64,000 bases of DNA, from positions 555,678 through 619,677 of the forward strand of contig CAWFKP010000006.1 of assembly GCA_963816425.1 (NCBI GenBank), read 5' to 3'. Shown piece after piece: positions 8,371 to 18,605 of the stretch. A program made the translations under genes and the position numbers. Every line of letters begins with the position of its first letter. Position 1 is the first letter of the stretch. This DNA comes from an uncultured Actinomycetes bacterium (GTDB taxonomy: Bacteria > Actinomycetota > UBA4738 > HRBIN12). The notes below the pieces were generated by a model. It was not told the origin of the DNA, did not search any database, and worked only from the letters and a program-made list of their open reading frames with translations.

Positions 8371-9371
8371 CGCTTCCGCGACGGGTTCACGCGCGTGGGC
8401 TCGCCCTCGGCCTTCGGGAAGTGCGGCGGCCACGGCGCGTCCCCGAGCCCGCCGGCCTCGTCGCGCGCCGCGAGATCGAGGAGACCGTCGAGCACGCCCA
8501 CGCGATCGTCGATGCCCGCCCCCGGGTCGCCGATCGCGCGGAACCGGTCGGGGACGGTGCGCAGCGTGAAGGCGGCCGGGTCGACGGTGGCGACCTCGTC
8601 CCAGGCCAAGGGGGTGGAGACACGCGCGTCGGGCATCGGTCGCACGCTGTAGGCGCTCGCCACGGTCCGATCCCGCGCGTTCTGGTTGTAGTCCAGGAAG
8701 ACGCCGTGGCGCTCTTCCTTCCACCACGCCGTGGTGGCTCTCTCCGGCAGTCGGCGCTCGACCTCCCGGGCGAGCGCGAGCGCCGCGCGGCGTACCTCGG
8801 TGAAGGACCATCGCGGTTCGATCCGCACGTTGACGTGGATGCCTCGCTTGCCGCTGGTCTTGGGGAACCCGGTCAGGTCGTAGTCGCCGAGCACATCGCG
8901 CGCACACAGCGCCACATCGCGCACCCATGCGAAGTCGACGTCGGGCACGGGGTCCAGATCGATCCGGAGCTCGTCGGGGTGCTCCACGTCGTCGGCGCGC
9001 ACGGGCCACGGGTTGACCTCGAGACAGCCGAGCGTGCCCATCCATGCGAGGTGCGCCGCGTCGATCATGACCGGCGCGTCGGCGGTCCGTCCGCTCGGGA
9101 ACGTGATGCGCGCCGTGCGGATCCAGGGCGGCGCGCCCTTGGGCAGTCGCTTCTGATAGAAGCCGCCGTCGAACAGCCCGTCGGGGAACCGGTGCAGATA
9201 GGTCGGGCGGTCACGACAGCCGTGCAGGGCCCCTTCGGCGACGTCGACCCAGTACCGCACGAGCTCGAGCTTCGTGATCGGGCCGCCGGCGGCGTCGGGG
9301 AAGAACACCTTGTCGGGGTTGGTGACCCGGACGTCGAACTCGCCCACCTCGATCTCGATCGGCGACGCCAT
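8337..9371 (-). CDS. stand-alone LigD-type NHEJ polymerase/primase domain protein (copy 2)
   Basis: Real start is ATG 9371 inside the 8337-9803 ORF. Motifs NPDKVFFP, LEVNPW, LRIDLDP, KTSGKRGIHVNV and DYNQNARDRTVASAYSVRP. Its 3' end overlaps the ligase 3' end by 34 nt. Confidence 0.85.
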   Translation of the reverse strand: MASPIEIEVGEFDVRVTNPDKVFFPDAAGGPITKLELVRYWVDVAEGALHGCRDRPTYLHRFPDGLFDGGFYQKRLPKGAPPWIRTARITFPSGRTADAPVMIDAAHLAWMGTLGCLEVNPWPVRADDVEHPDELRIDLDPVPDVDFAWVRDVALCARDVLGDYDLTGFPKTSGKRGIHVNVRIEPRWSFTEVRRAALALAREVERRLPERATTAWWKEERHGVFLDYNQNARDRTVASAYSVRPMPDARVSTPLAWDEVATVDPAAFTLRTVPDRFRAIGDPGAGIDDRVGVLDGLLDLAARDEAGGLGDAPWPPHFPKAEGEPTRVNPSRKRQPQDGGEAPT

Positions 9372-9393
9372 CGGTGAAACGTACCCCCGTTGG

Positions 9394-10344
9394 CTAGGCG
9401 ACGCCGACCGGATCGTTGGAGAGATCGCCCACGACCGGGCCGAGCGGCTCGCCGAGCTTCGTCGCGATGCGTTCGAGCCGCGCCAGGTGCGCGTAGACGT
9501 CCTCGCGCGCCTGCTTCGCCTCGTCGGACAGTCCGTCGAGCTCGCCGATCCGCCAATGCTTCTCGAGGACGGGGCGCAGCACCTGCTCGAGGTGGATCCG
9601 CACGTTGTAGATGCCGGCTCGCGCCATCGCCTTGGCCTTGTCGCGGAACGCGGGCATGTCGACGCCCGGCATCGCGAACCCGATGACCTGTCGCTTGAGC
9701 GCGAGCATCGCCGCGGACGGGTCGATCGCGATCGCCTGCGTGGCGAGGTCCCGATAGAAGACGTAGTGCAGGTTCTCGTCGGTGGCCACGCGAGCGCAGA
9801 CACGGCGCGCGGTCTCGTCCTCGGTGATCTCGCCGGTATTGCGGTGCGACAGGCGCGTCGCGAGCTCCTGCAACGTGGTGAACAGCACGCCGTCGAGCGG
9901 TCCCTGGCGTGCGAACTGCGGTTGCCATCCGCGCAGCACCATGTCCATCCGACCCTGCTCGAGCTTCTCCGGGTCCACGCCGCGGGTCACCGTCAGGTAG
10001 TCGCGGAGCAGGATCGCGTGGCGGCCTTCCTCCGCGGTCCAGCGCCGGACCCATTCGCCCCAGACGTCGTCCCCGCCGAACGTGCGCCAGATGGCCAGGT
10101 GGTAGTAGGGGAGGTTGTCCTCGGTGAGGAGGTTGACCTCCAGCGCCATCTGCGCCACGTCGGGCAGGTGGCTGTCCGCCGGCCGCCAGGGCTCCAGGAG
10201 AAAGTTCCGGCCCTCCTCATAGGGCACGAACTCGTGCGGGAACCATTCCGTTGCAGCGGTAACGTGGCGATCCAGCGAGCGCTCGACGGTGGGAAGGAGC
10301 TCGTGGAGGAGGTCTTCGGCGGAGACGGATCGATCGGTGGGCAT
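9394..10344 (-). CDS. acyl-ACP desaturase (DesA-type di-iron fatty acid desaturase)
   Basis: 316 aa with di-iron ligand motifs EDNLPYY, WTAEEGRH and TDENLHYVFY, typical of soluble stearoyl-ACP desaturase homologues. Confidence 0.85.
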   Translation of the reverse strand: MPTDRSVSAEDLLHELLPTVERSLDRHVTAATEWFPHEFVPYEEGRNFLLEPWRPADSHLPDVAQMALEVNLLTEDNLPYYHLAIWRTFGGDDVWGEWVRRWTAEEGRHAILLRDYLTVTRGVDPEKLEQGRMDMVLRGWQPQFARQGPLDGVLFTTLQELATRLSHRNTGEITEDETARRVCARVATDENLHYVFYRDLATQAIAIDPSAAMLALKRQVIGFAMPGVDMPAFRDKAKAMARAGIYNVRIHLEQVLRPVLEKHWRIGELDGLSDEAKQAREDVYAHLARLERIATKLGEPLGPVVGDLSNDPVGVA

Positions 10345-10404
10345 CCCCTAGTGTCTCGCATCCACGGACCCCTTGAGCGACGTCGTGCAGGAGCGGGGGA
10401 GCCT

Positions 10405-11568
10405 CTAGGCAGCGGAGGCGGCGACCCTGGATTCCTCGAGCTCGGCTGCGATCGAGCCGGGCGGCGGGGTGTCGCGCCGCCACGCCTGCCGCCGCCGGTA
10501 GATCACATAGGTGACCAGTCCGAGCGGGATCTGCAGGCCGTAGGTCAGCAGCCGGAAGATCAGGACGCCCGCGACGATCGCCGCCTTCTCTTGGCTGTCG
10601 ATCGCGGTCAGGCCGGCGATGTAGCCGAGATCGATCACGCCGACGCCACCAGGCGTGATCGGGATCGCCGACAGCAAGCGGCTGAACGAGTAGACCGCGA
10701 AGATCTCGGCGGCCGAGAGCTCAGCCTCCGAGACGCCCATGTTCCGCAGCGACAACACCAGCACGAAGTACAGCGCCACCTGGCTCAGCACGGTTGTCCA
10801 GGTCAGCATGAACCACCGGCGCCTGGCCAGGATGATCGTCTCGCGGCGGAACGTCGCCGCCTTGTCGCCCATGTCGTCCCGCGTGGGCTTGTGGAGCAGT
10901 CGCCGGAATGCGTTGAACACGCGTCCCACGAATCGACCGACGGCCCTGGCCATCGCCTCGCTGCGGAACACCAGCACGAGCAGCGTGACGGCGATCGCCA
11001 GTACGACGAGCCCGATGCCAGCCGCGGCGGCGAGGGCCGGATTCGAGTGTCCGGTGATCACGAGGAGCCCGAGCGCGACGATCGGGAGCCCGAGTTTGAC
11101 GAAGATGTTCCAGATCCCCGTGACACCGATGAACAGCGTGATCTCGCCGGCGGTGAAGCCCCACGTGTTGAGCATCGCAGCGGTCACCCCCACCCCGAAC
11201 GCACCGCCGGCCGGCAGCGTGTTGGCCACCGTGGTGCTGGTCTGCGTGACCACCGCGGATTGCCCCAGGCCCATACCGATCAGGCCGGCCTCGTTGGCCA
11301 GCCAATACGTGTAGAGGTTGAAGATGGTTGCTCCGAGCAACGACCAGAACTCGATCGGTGTGAGGGTCTTCATCGCTTCCCACACCGCGCCGTAGTCCGC
11401 GTACTTGGGGATCGCGAACACGAAGATCGCGACGACGACGATCACGCCGAACGCGAACGCAACGAGTTGGCTGGTCGACAGCCGTCGCTTCGGCGTCGTT
11501 TCCTCGGTGATCGTGCTCAACCGCCTCGGCCCCCCCGTCCGCGGTCCGACACGCCATCGTACTCGCAC
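10405..11568 (-). CDS. flippase-like / lysylphosphatidylglycerol-synthase transmembrane-domain protein
   Basis: Polytopic membrane ORF (~8 TM) with the PITPGGVGVIDLG motif of the UPF0104/LPG-synthase TM family. Start is ambiguous (GTG 11568 or TTG 11520). Confidence 0.7.
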   Translation of the reverse strand: MRVRWRVGPRTGGPRRLSTITEETTPKRRLSTSQLVAFAFGVIVVVAIFVFAIPKYADYGAVWEAMKTLTPIEFWSLLGATIFNLYTYWLANEAGLIGMGLGQSAVVTQTSTTVANTLPAGGAFGVGVTAAMLNTWGFTAGEITLFIGVTGIWNIFVKLGLPIVALGLLVITGHSNPALAAAAGIGLVVLAIAVTLLVLVFRSEAMARAVGRFVGRVFNAFRRLLHKPTRDDMGDKAATFRRETIILARRRWFMLTWTTVLSQVALYFVLVLSLRNMGVSEAELSAAEIFAVYSFSRLLSAIPITPGGVGVIDLGYIAGLTAIDSQEKAAIVAGVLIFRLLTYGLQIPLGLVTYVIYRRRQAWRRDTPPPGSIAAELEESRVAASAA

Positions 11569-11615
11569 GCTCTCCCGGACGACCGGGTTGCGTCCCTGGA
11601 CACCGTAGGCATAGG

Positions 11616-13813
11616 GTGCGGGACATGAGCGCCGGGCTCGTCCGTCGGCTCCTTCCCACCGCGGTCGCCGTGGTGCTCATCGCCGGTATCGGGATCCCGA
11701 CGGCGACCGCACGCGCGATACCGGACACATCCCGGGTCGCTCGGATCGCCACCCTCGTCACCGGCGAACGGGTCGTGCTGGGGACGGCACCGGACGGGAC
11801 GCCGACGGCCGAGCTGATCCGCGCCGCGCACAGCGGACCGGCGGCGCAGCTGCGGACCGTGCAGATGCGCGGGGACACGTACGTCATCCCCGCGTCCGCG
11901 GAGCCCTATCTGGGTCGGTACCTCGACGTCGGCTTGTTCGATGCGTCGGTGCTCAGCGCCGCGGGATTCGGAGAGCGGATCCCGATACGGCTGACCTTCG
12001 AGCCGGGGATCCGACCCGCCCTCCCGGGCGTGACGATCACGTCTAAGCGTGCGGGCCACGCGACCGGGTACCTGACGAGAGCCTCGGCGCGCGTGTTCGG
12101 CGCGGCGCTGGCGAACCAGGCGATCGACGACTCGCTCGCCGGTTGGCCGGCGACCAGTGCCCTGTTCGGATCGGTGACCGGCATGTCGCTCGATGCGCCG
12201 AGCGCCCCGGCCGTCATCCCGCACTTCCCGCAGACCACGTTGATCCTCGACGGCATCTCGAACACCGGTGGACCCTTGCGCTTCGCGTTCGGCGTGCTGA
12301 TGAACATGGACGACGGGCGGAAGTTCGCCGGCTTCGTGTTCATGGTGCGCGGGGAGGCGCGCGCGAGCGTCCCGCTCGGCACGTATACGGCGTTGTTCGA
12401 CTCCCTCGATTTCTCCTCCGACGGAAGCGCCACGATCAGAGAGATCGTGGTCAACGACATCGCGGTCACCGGGACACAGCCGCCGGTCACGATCGACGCT
12501 CGAGCCGCGACGGCGGTGCCGTCGGTGACGACGCCGATGTCCACGGTCCCGCTGGGCCTCACCACCGAGCTCGACTTCAGTGACGAGGCTCGTCATTTCC
12601 AACTCGGATGGGGCTGGGATGTCGGTTTCCCGGGGATACGGTTCCGGCTGACGCCCGTCGCCCCGCCCGCCGTCGGCACGCTGCACATGCAGACGCGATG
12701 GACCTCGATCGACCCCTCGACGCCGGGCGGGCGATATCTCTTCGATGCGAGCTTCGTCGAACCCGGGATCCCCGCCGACCAGGCACGCAGGCTCGGGCCG
12801 GTTTCGGAGGCGGCGGAGATCCGCAACAGCTTCGCGTCGGACCGGTTGCTCGCGGAAGGCGGGGCCGGCCGCTTCGTGTTCATGCCCCACACGTCCTTCG
12901 CCTCCGCCGACATCTGGAACACGCCGATGCCGCTGGACCGAACGGAATACGTGTACGCGCCGACTCGGTCCGAGATGCAACAGATCGTGCTCGCGAACGC
13001 GTTCGCACCCGATCCCGGCATCGTCGAGGGCCAGGTCGGTCCGGTCGTGCCCGGGTCGACCCGGTCGGAGCGGTGGCTCCGGAATCCGTACATGCTCTCG
13101 GTGCCGGTGGCCGCGCCGGATGCTCGCTTCTTCCCGTGTCTCGCCTGCGCCTCCCGCCGCTCGCTGTTCTTCGTGTTCGGGCTGAACGACGACGATCCGA
13201 CCCACGACGCCTGGGTCTTCGGCAGCCCGAACGGGAAGCCCGTCGCGACGTTCGACGTGTACCGGAACGGCGTGCTGCTTCGTCACGCGCGCGACAGCCT
13301 CGGCGGGCGGGTCGCGATCCCCACCGGTCCTGCGACCTACCGCGTGGTGGGCACCGTCACGCGGCGCTGGACCGGGTCCTTCCTGTCGACCTCGACCGAG
13401 ACCGATGTCACGTTCCGGTCGGCACAGGGCGTGCCCGCCCCGGCATCGCTCTTCTGCCTGACCGGCCCGTCCTGCGCTGTGATGCCGGTGCTGACGGCGC
13501 AGTGTCGATCTGCATGCCGTCATCGGTCGGGACGTTGCCGATCGGCACGGCCACGTTCGACATCGCGACGGGACACATCGCCGGCGCGGCACAGCTACCG
13601 ATCAGCTCCGTCGACGTCGCCTGGCGACGGACCGGGAGCACCACCTGGCACGAGATGCCCGTGACGAACGTCGGCCCGAACGAAGCGCACACATCGTTCA
13701 AGGCCATGGCGTGGATGGATCAGCGTCGCTTCGATCTGCGGGTCACCGTGACCGATTCGAAGGGGGGCGTGCTCGTCCAAACCACGAACAGCGCGTTCTT
13801 GGTGACGGCATGA
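11616..13813 (+). pseudogene. large secreted protein, frame broken near 13495-13505 (pseudogene or assembly indel)
   Basis: Signal peptide MSAGLVRRLLPTAVAVVLIAGIGIPTATARA. The frame-0 ORF 11616-13664 turns to Arg/Ser-rich noise after ...CAVMPVLTAQ. Protein-like sequence then continues in the 12608-13813 frame (VSICMPSSVGTLPIGTATFD ... VTVTDSKGGVLVQTTNSAFLVTA). Confidence 0.6.
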
Positions 13814-15022
13814 CGACCGCTCGAGGCGCACGAGCGGCGCTGGCCGTCGCGTGTCTGCTCGTTGTCGCCTTGACCGCGTTGCCCGTCGCATCCTCCGCCG
13901 TGCCCGGTGCGCCGGCCGAGCGTTCGACCCTGCACCGTGCGTGCGGACGTGGCGACCACGCGTCACCAGGTGCGCTGCTTCGCGCGGTGGCGGGCCGACG
14001 GTGCGCTACGCACGATGGCCGGCGCGACCGCGATCGGGCTGCCGAAGTCCGGCTATGGCCCGGCGGACATCTCATCCGCCTACCAACTCGACGTCGCGCG
14101 TGGGGTCGGACAGACGATCGCGATCGTCGATGCGTTCGACAACCCGAAGGTGGAGGCGGATCTCGCCGCGTATCGCGCCGCGTGGGGGCTGCCATCCTGC
14201 ACCTCTGCGAACGGCTGCTTCCGGAAGGTCAACCAGCGCGGCGGCGCCTCGCCGCCGCGCCCGGATCCGGGATGGGGTGTCGAGATCGCGCTGGACGTGC
14301 AGGCCGTATCGGCGGCGTGTCCGAACTGCCACATCCTGCTGGTGGAGGCTGACTCCCCGTCGTTCACCAACATCGGGAGGTCGGTGAACACGGCCGTGCG
14401 CCTCGGCGCCGACGTCGTGTCGAACTCCTACGGCGGGGCCGAGTTCAACGGCATCCTGAAGCTGGCGGCGACCTACTACACCCATCCGGGCGTGGCGCAG
14501 GTTGCGTCCTCCGGGGATGAGGGCTTCGGTCCCGCCGCGTTCCCGGCATCGTGGGACCGGTTGATCGCCGTCGGGGGGACGCACCTGACCTCGACCACAC
14601 TCGGCGTCTGGCACGAGTCCGCCTGGTGGGGAGCCGGCAGCGGCTGCTCGGCCTGGATCGACAAACCTGCCTGGCAGCACGACTCGCACTGCCCGATGCG
14701 CACGGTGACCGACGTGTCCGCCGTGGCCGACCCCGACACCGGGTTCGCCGTCTACGACACGTTCGGGCTCGGACGGCACGCGGGGTGGATCGAAGTGGGC
14801 GGGACGAGCCTGTCGGCGCCCCTGATCGCCGGCATGATCGGCCTGGCCGGCAACGCCGGCGAGCTCGACGACGCGAGCTATCTCTACGCGCATCGGTCGG
14901 GACTGGCCGACGTGGTCGGCGGGTCGAACGGCTTCTGCGGTGGCGACTACCTCTGCAGGGCGAAGCTGGGCTACGACGCCCCGACCGGGCTGGGGAGCCC
15001 GCGCGGCACCTCGGCGCTGTGA
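13810..15022 (+). pseudogene. S53 (sedolisin-like)/S8 serine peptidase, frame broken near 13935-13955
   Basis: ATG 13810 overlaps the upstream stop (ATGA) and encodes the signal peptide MTTARGARAALAVACLLVVALTALPVASSA in one frame. The catalytic region (IAIVDAFDNP, SNSYGG, VGGTSLSAPLIAG) lies in the 13907-15022 frame, which has no signal peptide of its own. Confidence 0.7.
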
Positions 15023-15027
15023 ACGCC

Positions 15028-17450
15028 TCACGCGCGGTCGCGCAGTCTCGCGCCGGTCGGGTCGTAGGGGATCTCGGGCAGGATGCGCGCGGTCCGCGGG
15101 TCGCCCACGACGAACACCGTGACCTGCTCGTCGGCCTCGATCACGTCGCGATCCAGGTAGGCAAGCGCGAGGCTCTTGCCCACGTGGTGGCCGTAGGCGC
15201 CCGAGGTGACCTCGCCGACGCGACGGTCGCCGATCCAGATGCCGTCATCGGCGCTGGCATCGGCGTCGTCCGCCTCGACGTCCAGGAGCACGAGATGCTG
15301 CTGCGGTCCCGTCTCGCGCTCCTTGATCGCGCCCGCCCGTCCGACGAAGTCGTCCTTGTCGAAATCGACGAAGCGATCGAGACCGGACATGCCCGGCGTG
15401 TAGTCCTGCCGGAACTCCGCCGACCAGATGCCGTAGCCCTTCTCCAGGCGCAGGCTGTCGACGGCTCGGTCGCCGATCGGGCGCAGACCGTGCGCCGCGC
15501 CCGCGTCCCGCAGCTCGTGCCAGAGCGTCTGATGCCGCTCGGTCGGCACGACGATCTCGTAGCCGAGCTCACCGGTCAGCGAGATGCGACCCACCACGGC
15601 GGTCGAGCTGCCGACCTCCATCGTGCGGATCGTGAGGAACCCGACCGCGTCGTTCGACACGTCCTCGGACACGAGACCCTCGAGGATCCGCCGCGAGGCC
15701 GGCCCCGAGATCGAGAAGCCCATGCGTTCGTCGGTCAGGTTCCGGAGCTCGACGCCGGCGTTCGGCAGGTGCTGCCGGAACCAGCGCTGATGCCAGTCCT
15801 GCAGGTAGTAGGAGCCCGTGAGCCAGAAACGATCGTCCTCGAGCCGAGCCACGGTGAGGTCGCCCATCAGTCGCCCGGCGTCGTTCAGCATCGGCGCCAG
15901 CCGGATCCGCCCGGTCGCGGGGATCGTGCCGGCGAGCAGACGATCGAGCCACGCCTCGGCGTCGGGTCCCGTGACCTCGTAGCGCGCGTACTGCGCGATC
16001 TCGTAGGCGCCGGCCGCGGTTCGGACCGCCTCGACCTCCTCGCCGACGATCGGCTCGGCGTTGGATCGGCTCAACGTGTCGTTCTCGACGAAAGCCGGCG
16101 ACGGCGCGAAGTACAGCGGCACCTCGAGCCCCCAGTTCACCGTGTACTGCGCGCCCGCCGCGAGGAACTCCTCGTAGACCGGGGTCGTCTTGAGCGGCCG
16201 CCCCGCCGGCAGCTCCTCGTTCGGATAGGCCATGACGAACCGGCGCGCGTAGAACTGCTTGGTCGTGTCGCGGAGATACCCGTCTTCGGAGGCGTACGGG
16301 CCGAAACGCGCCACATCCATCCCGAAGACGTCGTAGCCCGGATCGTCGTCGACGATCCAGTTCGCGACGGCGAGCCCGACGCCCGCACCCTGTGAGAACC
16401 CCGCCATGCAGCCGCACGCCGCCCAGTAGTTCCGGATGCCCTCGACCGGCCCGACGAGCGGGTTCCCGTCGGGGGTGAAGGTGAACGCGCCGTTGACCCA
16501 CTTCTTGATCCCGGTGTCGGCCAAGACGGGGAAGCGCGCGAACCCGATCGACAGCTCGGGCATGATCCGGTCGAGCTCTTCGGGGAACAGCGTGCGACCG
16601 AAGTCCCAATCGGCGCCCTCGACCTGCCAGTGGCGGGGATTCTGCTCGTAGACGCCGAGCAGCACGCCGTTCCCCTCGCGCTGCAGATACGTGAAGCCCT
16701 CGAGATCGGTGACCGCGACCATCTCGCCCGGGATCGCCGCGACCGCCGGGATCTCGTCGGTGACGAGGTAGTGATGCGGCATCGGCACGAGCGGGTGATC
16801 GACGCCGACCATGTTGCCGACGCGCCGCGCCCACAGCCCGGCGGCGTTCACGATGTGCTCAGCGACGATCGCGCCCTGCTCCGTCTCGACGTGCCATTCG
16901 CCGTTCGGCAGCGAGGACAGCGACAGGACCCGGTTGTGCTCCATCACCGTCGGCGCCGCGGCGGCGCGCGGCGATCGCGTAGGCGCGTGTGGCGCCGCTC
17001 GGATCGAGGGTGCCCTCCAGCGGGTCGTAGAGCGCGCCGAGCACGCCGGTCGGGTCGATGATCGGCACCAGATCGACCGCCTCCTCGGGGGTGAGGAGCC
17101 GGGCGTCGGTGTCCTGACTGCGGAGCCATGCGAGCTCGGATCTGAGCCAGCGCCATCGCTCGGGAGTGCCGGCGAGCTCCATGCCGCCACTCATGTGCAG
17201 CCCGACGCTCTGGCCGCTCTCCTCCTCGACCTGCGGGTACAGTCCGATCGTGTACTTCTGCAGCGCCGCGATGCGGGTGTCGCTGTTCATGGCGTGGAAG
17301 CCGCCGGCCGCGTGCCAGGTGGAGCCCGCCGTGAGCTCCTCGTCGCTCGAGCAGCAGCGTGTCGGTGTAGCCGCGCAGCGCGAGGTGGTACAGGACGCTG
17401 CAGCCGACGATGCCGCCGCCGATCACGACGACCTGATACCGATCCTTCAC
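15028..17450 (-). pseudogene. dimethylglycine/sarcosine dehydrogenase-like FAD oxidoreductase + GcvT-fold protein (copy 1), two frame breaks
   Basis: The N-terminus VKDRYQVVVIGGGIVGCS starts at GTG 17450. The frame switches near 17340-17350 (ELTAGSTWHAAGGFHAMNSDTR) and near 16948-16960 (RAYAIAARRRGA / TVMEHNRVLSL). The C-terminal 640 aa are intact in ORF 15028-17190, with the aminomethyltransferase fold (GELGYEIVV, SLRLEKGY). Confidence 0.75.
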
Positions 17451-17471
17451 GCGACGGCCCTTCTGAGCAGG

Positions 17472-17497
17472 GGATACGGGTGCGACGGAGTGTATCC
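17472..17497. promoter_or_regulatory. inverted repeat GGATAC-N14-GTATCC in the divergent DMGDH-like/tdh intergenic region (candidate operator)
   Basis: Read directly: GGATAC at 17472-17477 and GTATCC at 17492-17497. AT-containing hexamers are rare in this background. No binding protein identified. Confidence 0.2.
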
Positions 17498-17570
17498 GGG
17501 GCGCTCGAGCGCGAGGTGACCCCGGGTCGCGCCCGGGTCGTCCGACCGCTCGATCGATCATGATGGAGCG

Positions 17571-18605
17571 GTGGACGCGCTGACCAAACCGGCCGCAGGT
17601 CCCGGGCTGACGCTCGCCCGGGTGCCGGAGCCCACGATCGGCATCAACGATGTGCTGATCCGCGTGGAACGCACCGGCATCTGTGGGACGGATGTGCACA
17701 TCGCCGACTGGAACGAGTGGGCGCAGGGCGCGGTCACGCCGCCGCTCGTGGTCGGCCATGAGTTCGTGGGCGAGGTCGTCGAGGTCGGCTCGAACGTCAC
17801 CGATTTCCATGCGGGGGAGCTGGTCTCGGGGGAGGGCCACGTCGTCTGCGGCCGATGTCGCAACTGCATGGCCGGCCGGCGTCACCTCTGTGCGCAGACA
17901 TCCAGCGTCGGCGTCGATCGTCCCGGGGCGTTCGCCGAGTACATCGCGCTGCCCATGACCAACGTCTGGCACCACGACCCGGCGATCGACCACGACGTGG
18001 CGGCGATCTTCGACCCGTTCGGCAACGCGGTGCACGCCGTGTTGCAGTTCCCGGTGCTCGGTGAGGACGTGCTGATCACCGGCGCCGGTCCGATCGGGCT
18101 CATGGCGTGCGCGGTCGCGCAGCACGCCGGCGCGCGGTACGTGGTCGTGACCGACGTCAACCCGTACCGGCTCGAGCTCGCCGTCACCCTCGGGGCGACG
18201 CGTGCGGTCGACATCCGTTCCACCTCGATCGAGGACGTGCAGCGCGAGCTCGGCATGAAGGAGGGATTCGACGTCGGCCTCGAGATGAGCGGCAACCCCG
18301 ACGCCGTCCACTCGATGCTCGCGAACATGTGCCACGGCGGGAAGATCGCGTTGCTCGGGCTGCCCGACCGGCCGTTCGCGATCGACTGGAACACCGTGAT
18401 CCACGACATGGTCACGATCAAGGGCGTGTTCGGCCGGGAGATGTATGAGACCTGGTACATGATGACCGTGATGCTGCAGGGCGGCCTCGATGTCTCGCCC
18501 GCGATCACGCATCGGTTCCACTACACCGAGCACGAGGCCGCGTTCGAGGCCGTCCGCTCGGGGCAGGCGGGCAAGGTGCTCCTCTATTGGCGGGAGGAAC
18601 CATGA
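17571..18605 (+). CDS. tdh: L-threonine 3-dehydrogenase
   Basis: 344 aa. Zn-ADH motifs [36 protein letters not shown] and GAGPIGLMA, with full-length resemblance to Tdh. Stop overlaps the kbl start. Confidence 0.9.
   Translation: MDALTKPAAGPGLTLARVPEPTIGINDVLIRVERTGICGTDVHIADWNEWAQGAVTPPLVVGHEFVGEVVEVGSNVTDFHAGELVSGEGHVVCGRCRNCMAGRRHLCAQTSSVGVDRPGAFAEYIALPMTNVWHHDPAIDHDVAAIFDPFGNAVHAVLQFPVLGEDVLITGAGPIGLMACAVAQHAGARYVVVTDVNPYRLELAVTLGATRAVDIRSTSIEDVQRELGMKEGFDVGLEMSGNPDAVHSMLANMCHGGKIALLGLPDRPFAIDWNTVIHDMVTIKGVFGREMYETWYMMTVMLQGGLDVSPAITHRFHYTEHEAAFEAVRSGQAGKVLLYWREEP

Noticed and set aside
216-9371. A Ku gene expected next to LigD-type modules.
   Set aside because: None of the ORFs in or around the repair locus shows the Ku core pattern, such as an N-terminal R-x-x-W-K-G-x-I-S-F-G-L-V motif. 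Ku must be elsewhere in the genome or absent, so I do not annotate one.
13480-13520. Programmed ribosomal frameshifting as an explanation for the frame breaks (here and at the other eight sites).
   Set aside because: I saw no slippery heptamer (X XXY YYZ type), no downstream pseudoknot-like structure, and no shared sequence context among sites. Nine independent programmed shifts in unrelated metabolic and secreted proteins is implausible.
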